Origin: Tubulanus polymorphus
Lineage: Eukaryota; Animalia; Nemertea
Assembly (NCBI RefSeq): GCF_964204645.1
Contig: NC_134026.1
Span: forward strand, 10,997,950 to 11,061,949
Direction of reading: 5' to 3'
DNA: 64,000 nt
This document shows positions 39,023-52,864 of this stretch, piece after piece. Each line of letters begins with the position of its first letter. The first letter of the stretch is position 1. The translations under genes were made by a program, and so were the position numbers. The notes under the pieces were generated by a model, which ran no database searches, was not told the DNA's origin, and saw only the letters and a program-made list of their open reading frames with translations.

Positions 39023-39710
39023 ATAAAGACAAATCTGCGCCGTGAAGACGTTTCCGCGCCGCAAAGACATTTTAAGCCGCGAAGTAGTCATGCGCCGAAA
39101 TGTGAGTGGATGGCGCCACGCATATGTAAATGATGTCATCATTGGAAGCCCAGAAATAATTTCCAAAACAAAACATCATTCAAAAGGAAATAAATGAGTT
39201 TGCTGATACGCACAAAAATACTTTTGAATATTGGAAAGTACGTCGAACGAAAACCAACCGATCAAAATTAAGATAAATTAGCCCTGCATTAGATTCTGCT
39301 CTGGACAGTTAAATAATCGAAAAGAAACTTAATTTCTATCCATAACAACAGTTGGACGATCCTGCTCTGATGGATACAAAATCGACACCATCTAATGTTT
39401 TTTATCCACCACAGCAGACACGTGTGTTTGTTTACTTCCTCAGCGCATGCGCTGTGAGATCCGCTGTGGCCGATAGAAAAAAACGCTCTCACCGTTAAAA
39501 GGCGAGCTATTTCCGGGTTTCCATATATCCGTCATTTTAAGGAGATCGCGCAAACTGCTTGTGGAAACGTCGACACAGCTCAAATGATAACGCGTAAAGA
39601 ATTATTTCCGGGTTACCAGGATGACATAATTCATACGTACGTGGCGCCATCTACTGACATTTCGGCACATGACTTCGTGGCGCGAAAATGTCTACGCGGT
39701 GTGTCTTTTA
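39023..39710. mobile_element. Non-autonomous element with long (>100 bp) imperfect TIRs
   Basis: Left AAAGAC..AGACATTTT..GTCATGCGCCGAAATGTGAGTGGATGGCGCCACG..ATGTCATC..GAAATAATT is mirrored at 39600-39710. No clear TSD. Confidence 0.7.
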
Positions 39711-40830
39711 CGCTACTGATTGTGATTGACTGAGGTTTGTCCAGACAGCATATGTTTCCCGCACTTTCATAATTTGAATGTGTGGTTTTGGAAATATTAT
39801 TGCAACGTGCCAATGTATCGTCCAATGACCAATGTCGAATGAAAGTGCAGAAAATGAGCATTTTCATATTAAACAATAATATTATTACATACAATGAATC
39901 ATAATGAATGATGTAATACTAATGTTTAATAGCTCTGATATTGTATTAATGTGAGTGTTACACATTTTATTATTTGCAAAAGAAATACGTTTGGTTTACA
40001 TTATTTCCTATGAAATAGATAACGGGTTCCGACAATTTTCAATCCACTAAAATGTAGAAGAAAATATGCAGTAGACCTCATAATTTTCGGATTTTAACCC
40101 ACATTTTGGCCTGGCTATTTGGAACAACCTGTTGATTGGCCAAGGTTAATGCGGTTGCCAAAACAAACAAAAATAAATGTCAGACCAAATCAAAGCATAT
40201 TTTGAAATCACCCTAGATATATTGCAAAATTAAAACACCATGTTTTCCCGTCAAAACACATAACAGGGTCAATCTCTATTTTAAGATAAAAAGCACGTAT
40301 TTGTACGCATCATTTGCGCATCTAATGATGTCTCCGGACTGACATTCGGGATTTCGGTCCGTATATTATGAAGACGTTTAGGTTATATATATTATTGGGC
40401 TTTCATGAATTATACCAATAAAGCTTTCGGGAACATAGTAGTAGGGTTCAGTTATCAGCGGTTAAACAATATCAACAAGTAGTGCATGGAAGCTGGAGTT
40501 CGTGGCCAGTATTGCAGTATCACACGTGGATATGTACATACGTAAACATAAATAGAAATTATATAAATAAACAAGTGTGGAAGTGACGTATGTGTCTACG
40601 TAGGTAAACCTAATTTATGGTGCGTGGAGAATCCATACCCGCAACATTGGTGGAGTTCCATCACCACAACACGTACACGTTGATGAGTAAATACCAAGTC
40701 CAAATAGGTCGTTTTACGGGAATGATGATGGTTGATGCGTATTTATAATACGAAACCGCTAAAATATGAATATTTTCTAAATATTTTTAATGGAGTTTGA
40801 TATAATATTCTGGTGTCGTCCACGGCTTCT

Positions 40831-40831
<1 letters not shown>

Positions 40832-40878
<47 letters not shown>

Positions 40879-41185
40879 TCACATTTATATAGCGCCTGTT
40901 TCACTAATATTAATTTTCACCAGCGCTTTGTATGGTAGTGGTGCTGAATTCACAGAGCATAGGCTCTGCAGAAAAGCAAATGTTTTACTCTCTGTTTGAA
41001 ATTGTTGATTTCAGTTATATTCCGTATATTTGCGTCGAGAGAGTTCCACAGAGTTGGAGCAATACATTGGAAGCTACGTCCACCAAAGGTTTTAAGACGG
41101 TAGCGATACGTGGTTAGAAGATTGCAACAACTGGATCTAAGTGAACGTGCCGGTACATACGGAATGAGTAGATCACGCAAAACGT
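40832..41185 (-). mobile_element. L2-type LINE 3' end
   Basis: 'LLIPYVPARSLRSS..TFGGRSFQCIAPTLWNSL..FKQRVKHLLF', then GCGCTATATAAAT and a (TTA)n tail at 40832-40876. Confidence 0.85.
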
Positions 41186-41582
41186 TTCTTTAGGCATTAA
41201 CTATATTGGGTCGGAATATGAGGGAAAGCTTCGTTAAAAGCAAGGTCTATTTTATTTGAGAAATTTTGATTTACTTCCGAACGTGAATAGATATCATTCG
41301 AATCAATTCTTTAAGAAGGCTACTACGGACCTTGTTGGATATATCTTTGGAGATAGCGCACTTCATATTTTGTCCGTTATGAGAAAGATTCAAAATCCTA
41401 CTGTACACAGTAAAGACGGGATAAATGATCCGATACATCATTGCAAACAATCCCGAAGCTATTTGTCATTTGTAAATATATTGTCAATAACAGGTGATGT
41501 GTTCAAGGTTATTCTGGGGCTCAACTCCGTTTTCTGGTTAAGTAGTTCAGTCGGCGAATAACAGCACAGATTAATACGCCAA

Positions 41583-41940
41583 GGGCATTGTCGAATAAAT
41601 ATCCTTCGACAATCCGACATTCAGAAGCATTGTCGAGGAAATATCCTTCGACAATCTGACATTCAGAGGCATTGTCGAGGAAATTTTCTTCGACAATCCG
41701 ACAACCCAAGATTCTCCAAATACACCGTCTTTAAACGGTTATGCCCAAATAAAACTCAAGTAGACACATTAACGATTTAATATTTATTATGTGAGTGTCG
41801 GATTGTCGATGGAAATTTTGACTTTGCTCGGTTTCTGATTGTCGGATTGTCGGAAGGAAACTTCAATTTGCAGGATTGTCGGAAGGAAACTTCAATTTGC
41901 AGTCACAGTGCTTCTGATTGTCGAAGGAAGTTCTCCGGAC
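41583..41940. repeat. 42-bp tandem repeat (x3) with inverted related units; probable subterminal repeats of a TIR element
   Basis: GGCATTGTCGAGGAAATATCCTTCGACAATCCGACATTCAGA x3 (41583-41705); GATTGTCGGAAGGAAA-type inverted units at 41797-41932. Confidence 0.7.
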
Positions 41941-42039
41941 ATGGGACAAAAACCGCATTACGCAGTTTGTCCCCCTACGACCTCGGCACTATTCAACCAG
42001 AAATGGAGTTGAACAGGATTCTCCCCCCATAATCCCATA

Positions 42040-42400
42040 ATACCATTGGAGCGTCTTTCCATATCAATCTCAATCAATAGAGTTTCGAATGTCCGAGAAC
42101 CTGTTGCGATGTCATAGCGGGTTTTATATTTCAATGAGCTTTTAACATACGTAAGAAGTTTCTCCACCATCTTGGGTTTCGATTCTTGAATAAACGCGGA
42201 TATTATACATTTAATTACATTATTAACATGGTCACTATTTGTTCATGTTTCTGTGAATCCTATTACAAAAATTGTATTACACCAGTAGCAGAGAAAATCC
42301 GTTATTTTATAAAAATTTTTAAATTGAAACTACTGGCATTGTGCTAAAAAAATTCGATAAGTTTCTCCGTCTGAGAGTAATTCGTTTTCGACGTGATAAC
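42040..42400 (-). mobile_element. Decayed LINE AP-endonuclease fragment (CR1-like)
   Basis: Minus-strand remnants 'NASS', 'VIGFTET*', 'QDGG', 'TYVKSSLKYKTRYD', 'FETLLIEI'. Confidence 0.5.
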
Positions 42401-42406
42401 TACAAC

Positions 42407-42479
42407 TTATTTCATGGACGACATATCAGTCGATAGTACTTGTCAAGTATTATCGACTGATATGTCGTCCATGAAATAA
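42407..42479. repeat. 73-bp near-perfect palindrome (36-bp arms, 1 mismatch)
   Basis: TTATTTCATGGACGACATATCAGTCGATAGTACTTG-T-CAAGTATTATCGACTGATATGTCGTCCATGAAATAA. Confidence 0.92.
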
Positions 42480-42843
42480 TTACAACAGAAAATATTCCCA
42501 ACGAGTGAAAACATTAATCACCATCTGAGTCCACATTCGGCTTTTTTCGTTTTAGACAAGTGTTTGACCCAGCTTTGGAAGTATTTTTCGGTGCCATCGA
42601 CGTTGCTCTGGTTTTTTTTGTGACGACTCCAGCATGGTGCACTGAATTTAATGGCCGGAGATTTTAAATTTTGCTCTTAATCTATATCAATATGCCACAT
42701 GGCCTAATCTGAAAAAATAGACATGCAATACGGTTGATGTTAATGTTTTGCTAATCCTTAAAACTGTGCTTTGTTCTGTAACTTGTATGAATATATGCTA
42801 CATATCAATGTTTACTAGACACTGATACAGGGGAACCGGGAAA

Positions 42844-42979
42844 ATGCTGCGATTGATTTCAAGATTAATGGTGAGTTGCTCGTCGAATTACTACCGAATT
42901 AAATGATGTCTTTTCTTATCATAATTCTCATTCTTTCTCTTCTGAGATTCAATATTCAATTCAATAATTGATATCCAAT

Positions 42980-43049
<70 letters not shown>

Positions 43050-46000
43050 TAAATTTGTGGAGAAACATTTTCTATTGGCCCATTCTATATTTTTGAGGGA
43101 GCAAAATATTGGGGGCTTATTCACCAGTCAATGAAAGTTGCATCGCCCTCAGGGGTGCCGAGAACCCGAGGATAAGCGCTTGATCACTTTACCCCTGTTA
43201 GAGGCGATCCATCCTCGCTTGCCGGGGTTTGATTGTCTACCGTCGAAGCGGGACAACAGTATGTATAGCCTATTTATGATAGCGATTGTAGTATACATAT
43301 ATGATTCACAATTATTTTAAAGCTAAATTGCCGTACAGAATTCAGCAGAGATTCACGGTATATGACCACTTTGCATCCACCCATAACAGAGCTTTCGGAC
43401 GAGGAGAAGATGCTACAGGAATCCGGTGAGTAAAATTATACAGTACATTGTGGGCTGAATAGTTAATTCACCATTCGTCTCCATTTCCTCTCTTTTCATC
43501 TCTTTTTCGTAGACGGAAAATCAAGTTATTTCGGAAAAATTTCAATACGCTTTTACGGATTTTATCCACCCTTGACTCAACTACAGCCCAAATGTAATTA
43601 TTCCGAATCGAGAATTGCAGCGATTGTTTTTCGTGAAAATCGACAATTTGCACATTTTAGCTCACTCCCATAGCCCCAGCAGGAGGCTATTCGCGTTCAC
43701 TTGTCTTTCCGATTGTCCGTTAACGGAAAGATCTTTCTCTTGAAGACACCTCGACCGATTTTATAATAATGTCATAGATTTTTTACCTATCCCGTTTATA
43801 AACTGCCGTATGCAGTGTGATCGTTGTCGTTGAACCATTATGACCCATAACCAGGGCCCAGTTTTATAGACTGGAACTATTTTAAAACCCGAGGCCGGGT
43901 TATTTCGATTGAAAATAGTTAGGCCCCGAGTTAATAATACCAGTTATTGCAGAAAGTATGAATGCGTGGTAGGGGCGAGGAAAAGGGCTTAATATCGGCG
44001 GCGAATTAGTGTCTCTATGATCATGATGCGTTTCAAGGCAATTCGATTGTCCTAGTATACGTTAACCAAATGGCGTTGGTATTGACTTTAAATTGCCAAA
44101 ATAACCGAGCAATTCACCAAGTAAATTGACAGTAGTTATGGAATAATTGCCGGGAATAATTGCAGTTAGAAAAATGGCAAAGGAAAAAATTGAACCTCTC
44201 GTTGGAAAAATGGATGCAGAGTCTCAGATGGACAGTTCTGTCATACGAGCTTTATTTGATAATGGGGTACGTTAAGAATTCGGGATTTTAATATTTATAA
44301 AATATAATGAGGTGTTATAACTCCTGTAAATCATCGAATAGTCGACAGGTTAATTTATGGAACTAAATTTTAACATGAATTTCAGCTTATGGCTCTTGAA
44401 ATACCAACAAAATACGACGGTACAGATTCGACATTCATGGCCACTAATTTGGCTATCGAGGAAGTTGCTAAGGTTGACCCAGCTGTCAGTGCGATGGTCG
44501 ATGTACAGAATACTCTTATCAATTCCATCATCTTGAAATACGCAAACGAAGGACAAAAGAAAACATATCTACCACAGTTGGCAACAAACGTGGTGGGAAC
44601 ATATTCACATTAAACATAAAATCCCATAATGACAGCCTTCAAACTGACGAAGGGTGGTAGTAAAAACCCGAAATATTTCTCTAATGAACAATCTTAGTTA
44701 ATTCATTATTGTGAGATATACTAAGGAAGCTGTGATTGTAAAGATTCAACGTGTAATGTATATTGGATTCTATTTTATCATTCAGGTCGGGAGTTTCTGT
44801 TTATCTGAGCCAGGCTCGGGCAGCGATGCGTTCGCGCTGAAGACTACAGCGAAAAGAGACGGCCACCACTACATTCTAAATGGTTCAAAGATGTGGATAA
44901 CGAATGCGGAACATGCTGGAATGTTTCTGGTCATGGCAAATGCTAAACCAGAGGATGTAAGGATGCATTGTAGAGCACCCATTCATAATACCATTTTTGA
45001 TGATGCGTATTAGTCACATCGGTGAATTTGGAAAGGAATCACCGCTGTAAGAGCAAAATAATTCAAACTCATTCTTCGTGTTTCATTTTAGGGCTATAAG
45101 GGAATAACTTGTTTCATAGTTGATCGTGAAACGGAAGGACTTTCACTAGGGAAAAAAGAAGACAAACTTGGAATCCGGGCCTCCAGTACGTGCCCCGTCC
45201 ATTTGGATAATGTCAGGGTAATTTGAAAATTATATACGTACTACAGTCAAAGTCGCTTATAGGTCATATGCTATCTGAATTTTACTTTCTGTGATCTGTC
45301 ATCGAAATGATACGTTTGTACATATATGACGACCTAAGATCGGCCTGATAGGAAAAAGGTCACTAATTAACATCAAATTAGCATCAAATCATGATAAATT
45401 TGCGGCAGCGCCTTGTTTTATGACGTCACTTCGGTCAATTAACAAAAGCAAATGTATTTCTCAGTACCCATTGCCTATAAAGAGTGTATAAAAACAACAT
45501 TGATTATTTCACTGATTTCACGAATCTACAGTATGCTAACCAATATATGTTTATCGGGTCATCTAAAATGGTTGGAACTGCACACAATAGTAAACATTCA
45601 GACATTTCTATAAAACTCCAAAAGGATGAATTACCACAAGACGTGTGAAGTGATAAGGCTGGAACCTGTCAGATTATTCCAGACTCTGCAGGGCTCATCT
45701 CTTAAAATAACTCCTTTAAAATCAAGTGAGGTATAGCTAAGTGTATATAAATAAGTATATTTAGTCTGTTTATTAGTGTCTATTCACGGTTACAAAAGCC
45801 TATCAATAAGAACTTAATCTCTGAACAACACGCATGGAAGTGATGACTATGTGTTTGTCTGAAGTGGACGACAAGATTAGCACAAAAACGTGCACCTGTA
45901 AGCAGCAAGCACTTATGCTGAAAATTAATGATTAAGATACTTATTCTCTGTAATGCAATACCATTGGAGTCAGAAGCATATTTATTATTTGTGATGATAT

Positions 46001-47288
46001 TCCATCTAAATATGTTTCTTCGCTATATTCAATTTAGCGAGCTTTTGACCATTAAGTCGTCATAGTTGAGACGATCATGCGTTGACGACATATTCAAACG
46101 ATGACTTTAACTTTTTAAGTGAATTGAATTGGAAAAACACGAATTGGGACTCAAAAATAGTGAATAATCATCCAATGCCGACTGTGAATTATTTATATTT
46201 TTTCATTTCACCAGTCATTATGCACAATAATACAAATCCTCGGCTCTATTCAGGTACCTGAAAGTAATATAGTTGGTAAATTAGGTAATGGATACAAGAT
46301 AGCAATCGAAACACTGAATGAGGGCAGAATCGCTATCGCCGCACAGGTGAGGCAAAGTTTGTTTTCGGTTCACTATCAACAAATATCATCAGTTTTTTAT
46401 TAAATGATTAATGTAATGTATTTCACTTGGAAAACTATGATATACAGATGCTTGGCTTAGCTGAAGGCTGTTTCCAAAGAACCATTCCATACACACTAGA
46501 ACGAATGCAATTTGGGCAGAAGATTTTTGATTTCCAGGTAGCTCTGGAGGTTTTTCGATTTTGTACATACATGTATTTGTAGCGATTTTAAACGCATGTA
46601 TATATGGGTGTTTTATAGGGCATGCAACATCAAATCGCACACATAAGCACACAAATCGAGGCGGTAAGAGCTCTAACCTATAATACTATTCGACAAAGAG
46701 ATGCTGGATTTACAATTATAAAGCAAGCTGCCATGGTAAAATATCTTAGTTCAGAGGCAAGTTCCATTGTTGTTGTAATAATTGTTAGAGTTAGATGTTT
46801 TATCTTTTATTGCAAAACATGTTAATCCGTTTTGGTGTAGGTCGCCGTTCTCACAAGCAGCAAGTGCATCGAGTGGATGGGTGGTGCTGGATATTCTAAA
46901 CAATACCCGATTGAAAAATATTATCGCGACAGCAAAATAGGTAAAAACTTTGACAGTGTTCATAAATTTCTATTGTTACTTTTTTGTCATTTTCCTCCAT
47001 ATTTGGCAATTTCATCATCGCGTTTTATCAGTTGGCGCATGTATGACGGACGCCCGTGCCTTTCCAAATGCGCGAGTGGTGGGAAAATGGAAATAAAAAA
47101 TATGATTTTAGTCCTTTGGATGCCATCGTAAAAAAACTAATTCTTCAACTATGATTTTTAGGAAGTAAGTAGATTCACTTCGTGATTTAACTTATGAAAC
47201 ATTTTTTCCAGGCACAATATATGAAGGCACATCAAATATCCAGCTATCGACAATTGCCAATTGCTTAAAGAAAGAATTTATTTTATAG
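42844..47288 (+). CDS. ACADSB: Short/branched-chain acyl-CoA dehydrogenase-like, paralogue 2 (410 aa, 11 coding exons)
   Basis: Exons 42844-42870, 43323-43425, 44166-44266, 44386-44592, 44786-44956, 45092-45217, 46254-46346, 46448-46537, 46619-46756, 46841-46940, 47212-47288. 1233 nt, no internal stops; intron 9 is GC-AG. Exons 3-11 have the same lengths as in paralogue 1. Catalytic [10 protein letters not shown] is retained. Confidence 0.93.
42982..43045. repeat. (TA)n microsatellite in ACADSB-2 intron 1
   Basis: Direct reading. Confidence 0.95.
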
Positions 47289-47767
47289 ACAATTTCCAGC
47301 TTGCAGTTGGGAAACACTGAGATCATGTGCAAAGTTAATGGTATTTTTGGTCAGGCGTCAACTATCGTAGTTATTACTTATATTTGACATGAGCTACATC
47401 CACAGAAGGGGACATTTGTACTCCAATTTGCAGCTTTCGGTGACTTAGAAAGTCCACTAGTATTACAGTAAATTTCCCTCAAATGGGATCTTTTGGGACC
47501 GTGAAAATGTGTCCGATTTCAGTGATATCCGAGTTGGATGTTATGTTTTTCACACATAGTATTACAAAAATATTTAAAAAGACATCCAAGTTGAACGGTT
47601 ATCAGAGTTGATCGCTTCTGACTTGGGCGCTATATCACCGGATAAATGAACAGAATACGATGGTTATACAATGTATATAATTATGGAGGCTGATTCAGGC
47701 CATAAAAAAAAAATTTCTGTACGGATAGAGCAACGATAAGAAATTTTCACATTGGCCCGTTTTTTGG

Positions 47768-47880
47768 TTTTGAATTCTCGCGCGAGAAAACCTAATTTTT
47801 TGAATTCTCGCGTGAAAAAACCAAACTTTTTAAATTCTCGGGTGAGAAAACCAAAAGTTTTGAATTCTCGCCCGGGAAAA
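47768..47880. repeat. 30-bp tandem repeat (x4), probable MITE remnant
   Basis: TTTTGAATTCTCGCGYGAGAAAACC-type units immediately upstream of the BEL LTR. Confidence 0.7.
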
Positions 47881-49758
47881 CTGAAGCAAACTTATCTGTA
47901 TATCCTGTTGTTACGGTTTATGGTCGAGTTAGTTCACGGTTTATTACTCACATTATTTGTATCTAATAAAATACGGTATTGGGAATAAATTCTATGTCAT
48001 TTGTATCTGCGATATACGAGTGCGTGTTATTGGTCTTTAGTGCGCCTGTTTGAGAGCCCGATCGTCGCAGATTATTCTACATTTTTGGTCCCTCGAGCCC
48101 TCGAGCCTGGAAGTACGTGATGCTAGAAGACGGACGGCAAAGCGAAGCCTACAAATGCCTTGTGCGGAAGAGGACAGCCCAGCGGGGACAAGTCACGATG
48201 ATTTTAAATGACGCAGATCCGGTGGTCAACTCAAGAACAACTCGAAAATCCACACTTCCGACGCTTAAATTGCCCACGTTTTCCAGGAATCTACTTGAAT
48301 GGTCTACCTTTTGGAGGTTGTTTGAATCAACAGTGCATAATAATTCAGCGTTTTACATTGAGAAATATAGTTATTTGCTCGGTCAAATTAGTGGTGACGC
48401 CAGAAGTTGCATTGACGGTCTTCCTATAACTATGATAGTGCCGTTGAATTATTACAAAATCGTTTTGGTCATCTGTTGATTCGAAACCCGTCAGGAATGT
48501 TACTCGAAACTGTGTGTACTGTAGTAAATCTCCTTCGCCATCAGATTGTTTTTATGTTACCGACGTTAGAAAGAGAAAGGACATCGTTCAGAAGTCAGGC
48601 TTGTGTTTTAATTGCCTTGGAAAGCATAGAGTGAGTAATTGTCGGTCAGAAGTTTCATGTAAGTTTTGCAAAAAACGACGGTAGTTTGTGTTTTGCGGTA
48701 TCCCGCATGGGGCCTGGTACCGGAAATCATGCTGACATTAGCTCTAGTGAACCGGGTAGAGTTAATCAAAAAACATTAATCGTATCTAATGCAGCAACTC
48801 AAACTAATCCAGTGGTTGAAAGAGGAGCCTGTCAATCAAACCAAAATATATCCTTGATAGAATTTGAAACCACAGCTGTAACCACTAGTGCTAAGTTATT
48901 AGATACTGTTATGTTAAAAACTGCGGTGACGGAAGTTTCCGGTACTGATAAAACAATTATTGCTAATTTGCTTTTTGACGATGGGGCGCAACGGACGTTT
49001 ATTACGTATCAATTAGCCAAAGATTTATGACTTCCAATAGCTAGGAAGAAGACAGTAAGCATGTCTGTTTTTGGATCTGATAAACGTAGTGTACATCAGA
49101 TTTGGTAACATTGAATGTCCGTTGCAATGATAGCTGTGTAGTTGTGAAAGCATTGGTAGTACCCGAAATTACTCAGCCTATATCAGTGAATACAACATTC
49201 AGAGATATTCCAGAATTTAAATCGCTGCAATTTGCAGACACTATAAATTCTGACAAGATTCATGTTCTGGTGTCAATCGGGTCGGACTTCTATTATGAAT
49301 TTGTGACAGGTCGTATTGTTAAATCGTCTGTTGGTCCTGTAGCAATTAGTTCGAAATTGGGCTATTTGGGTTGTGGTCCGGTCCGTATTTTTGCTGATCG
49401 TCATGTAGCTGTAATGAGTGGATTAACAAGCGCAGGAAAAACTCCGGAATCAGTTGGTGATTGGAGAACATTGGAATTATGCCAAATTCATCGTTTGATA
49501 ATGATAAAGAATTTGTTAAACATTATTGCACGAATTATATTGAAAAGCATGACAATACATACTACGCTAAATTGCCATGGCGTGAAAATTCTGCCGTCTG
49601 CAGTTCTGCCGTCAAATTTTGACGTGATAGTGAATAGAACGCATTCAACTATTGATAGATTAAGGAAATCTCCTGAGATGTTGGAAAAGTTCAAACAGTC
49701 AGCGACGACGCCTGTGCGTATCGTATTCAACTATAGTTGTAGTAGGCGATAATCCTAA

Positions 49759-50288
49759 GGCGTTTCTGTGAGCCGATTCGATTAGGTCGATTAGCCATTA
49801 TGCGCATTTGTGAGCCAAGGTGTTTAGGCTAATCGGTACATTTGTGAGACGATTTACATAAACTGATTAGGCAAATTCTCCTAATCGTCCCAGGAGGTGT
49901 TTAGGCGATTCGATTAGACCGGTTTACAAAAATTATATTGGCGGAGTGAATTCTTCTTCGTTATATGGTTCAACAGTTTTTTCCGCGGTTTTTTATAGAT
50001 ACTTTTTGTATGTTTCATTACTTCTGAAATATACTGGAACTCGTAGGGCATAACAGATTATTCCTGACGGCTGTAATCTTCCCATTTTTATTTTGGTCTG
50101 GGTATTTGTCAGTTTTCAGCAGCTCATTGATAATAAGAAGCGCTGAACTCTTGTTGTCCATGGAGGCAGCCATGTTACCTAATCGTAGTAACTAAACTGC
50201 TCATTTGTGGACCAAAGCTAATCAATCAAAATTGCACCTAATTGCACTAGCTAATCAAAACCTAATCTATTCAGCTCACAAAAACGCC
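49759..50288. mobile_element. Harbinger/Tourist-type MITE nested in the BEL RT
   Basis: TIRs GGCGTTTCTGTGAGC / GCTCACAAAAACGCC; 3-bp flanks TAA / TCA; internal GATTAGG repeats. Splits 'VRIVFN..' from 'LNDRLNSGPSL'. Confidence 0.82.
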
Positions 50289-51339
50289 TCAGGTTTGAAT
50301 GACCGTTTGAATAGTGGCCCTTCGTTGTTCAATGAAATAATTCAAATACTCATGAGATTTCGCTTCGGTAAAATAGGTCTAACTGCTGACATAGAAAAAA
50401 GCATTTCTACAAATTGGGTTACACCCACGTGATCGTGACGTGACTAGAATTTTATGGCCTTAAGATCCAACCGATCAAAATTCACCCTTGGAGGTATACC
50501 GTTTTAAACGGGTTTTGTTTGGTGCGACATGCTCGCCTTTCATTTTAAACAGTACAGTTTTGTTCCTTTTACAGAATGATTTGAATTCTGTTACCAACGA
50601 TTTGATACACAACATTTGCATGGATAATGTAGTTTCCCCCGTAGATTATGAGGAAGAGGCCTTGGAATATTATTCACGATCCCGAGATGTGCTCTCTGAA
50701 GGTCATTTCAATTTACGTTCCTGGTCTTCGAACTGTTCTGCATTGAGGGAACACGCTCGAAGTGATGGCGTCTTAGAGAAGTCATTAACTGTAGACATTT
50801 TAGGTGTTACTTGGGATACCGAATCCGATTGTCTATCATTAAAATCTAGATCTATCAATACTCTAGAACCCGGTACACCTATCACGAAACGCACAGTAAC
50901 GAGACACATGAGTAAGATCTACGATCCATTAGGGTTGTTCACCCCAGTAACTGTTAAAACAAAAGTCTTTGTTCAGAGTCTTTGGGAAGATTCTTACGAC
51001 TGGGACGATCCCCTGCCAGAAGTTTTGTGTTCTCGGTGGAGAGAAATAGCTGGTGATCTAAGCAATCTTCCAGAAATCTCGGTACCTCGATGTTACTTTG
51101 CCGGCCGTGATCAAAATGCACAGCTAGAATTACATACGTTTGCTGATGCCAGTAAATCTGCGTATGGGGCAGTTTCATATTTGAAGTGTGGTGATAAATG
51201 TATCTTGATTTCATCTAAATCACGGGTAGCTCCTAACAAAGAAACTACTATTCCAAGGTTAGAATTAATTGCAGCATTGATAGCGTCAAGGTTGACTGAT
51301 TATATTTGTACCGTGTCAAACGCGAATGCTCCAAATATC

Positions 51340-51474
<135 letters not shown>

Positions 51475-52170
51475 ACAGACAGCCAGATCGTATTATCATG
51501 GCTTGAGTCTAAAAAGAAATTAAGTGAATTCATTTAGGAATAGAGTGTATGAAATAAGATCTTTGGTTGAGAGTACCCGCTGGTATTGTAAGTCTGATGA
51601 AAATCCTGCTGATTTGCTCACTCGAGGTGTTGATTGTTCTAAACTACGTGACTATCGATTCTGGTTCCATGGTCCAGACTGGCTAATTAGCAATGTTAGG
51701 CCGGAATACCTTTCGATGGCCATTGATGATTCTGAAATCCATGTCATGTCCACTGATACTGATGCCGATGTTTTCGATGCACCGTTACCGTGTTTCCAAA
51801 GGTACGCGAACAATTGGCGAAGGTTCAGGGTAACAAAGGTTCTTGCTTGGCCATTGTCAATCAATTACAATTATATATAGGTAAAGATAATTTGATAAGA
51901 TGTAGAGGGAGATTGCAAAATGCCCCTATTATCGATTCTGCTGAGACTCCAATACTACTTCCAAGATATCATTACCTTACTCGTTTGATAGTGTACAGAG
52001 AGCATTGTTACAACTTTCATTCTGGAGTTAATTTTACTATCGCAAAACTCAGAGAGGTCTATTGGATTCCGCAGATTCGACGACTTGTAAAGAGCATACT
52101 TAGAAAATGTGTTGTATGTCGCAAATTATCATGTAAACCTTACGGGCTCCCATTTCCTCCACCCTTGCCT

Positions 52171-52864
52171 GAATGTAGGAAAAAATTGCCAAGGAAAAAA
52201 TGGCCAGAAAAAATGGCCTAAGAAAGAATGGCCAAGGTATTTGACTAGGAAAAAATGGCCATGGAATAAAAGGCCAAGGAAAATTTATGAGAACTACTGA
52301 CAATGTTGATAAACTTTAAGCTTTCAATTTAATGACATCATTTATTTTTCATCGGGCTAAAAACAATTAAAATCGGTATAATGAGTTCGGAATTTTGATG
52401 AACTTACATTTTATTTCATTACGTATAATGAATATATCAGGAACTATCATGCAAGTGGGCAATGGATAAACTTAATAGTGATAAACTTAAATTTAATAAA
52501 TTAACTAAATTAATATTTCAAACATCTAAGTAAGCTATTAGGGCAAAGACTGTCTTATCGTAGGTAAGTGCATTGAAATTGTGTGGTAATTTATATCGCA
52601 AACTGGTGTAGTGTAGTGATAACATCGAAGTGAGATATACTCATCAAAATTTACCAAGTAAACTAATCCAGGAATAGGTCTAATAATCTCAAAAAGTGAC
52701 AAGTCAAAACAGCAATGCATTTGATTTCTTCTATGTCAATGAAATGATGGTTAGTTTTCTTTGTAATCTTCCTTGGCCTTTTTTTCCGCGGCCATTTTTC
52801 CTAGGCAAATACCTTGGCCATTCTTTCCTTGGCCATTTTTTCCTTGGCCATTTTTTCCGTTCAC
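52171..52864. mobile_element. MULE-like MITE with tandem subterminal repeats nested in the BEL integrase
   Basis: Arrays of GGAAAAAATGGCC and their reverse complements at both ends; 9-bp TSD CCCTTGCCT (52162-52170, 52865-52873). Removal restores 'PFPPPLP-ISRITEVPCF'. Confidence 0.88.

Noticed and set aside
41521-41709. Repetitive ORF (ECRIVEGYFLDNAS)n
   Set aside because: Translation by-product of the 42-bp tandem repeat.
45244-46111. Possible pogo-like element in ACADSB-2 intron 6
   Set aside because: Only weak terminal similarity (CAGTCAAAGTC / GACTTTAACT) and no intact right TSD.
42844-47288. Second ACADSB copy as an uncollapsed haplotype or pseudogene
   Set aside because: Introns are unalignable by eye, exons differ at many synonymous and non-synonymous sites, and the ORF is intact, so it is an old real duplicate.
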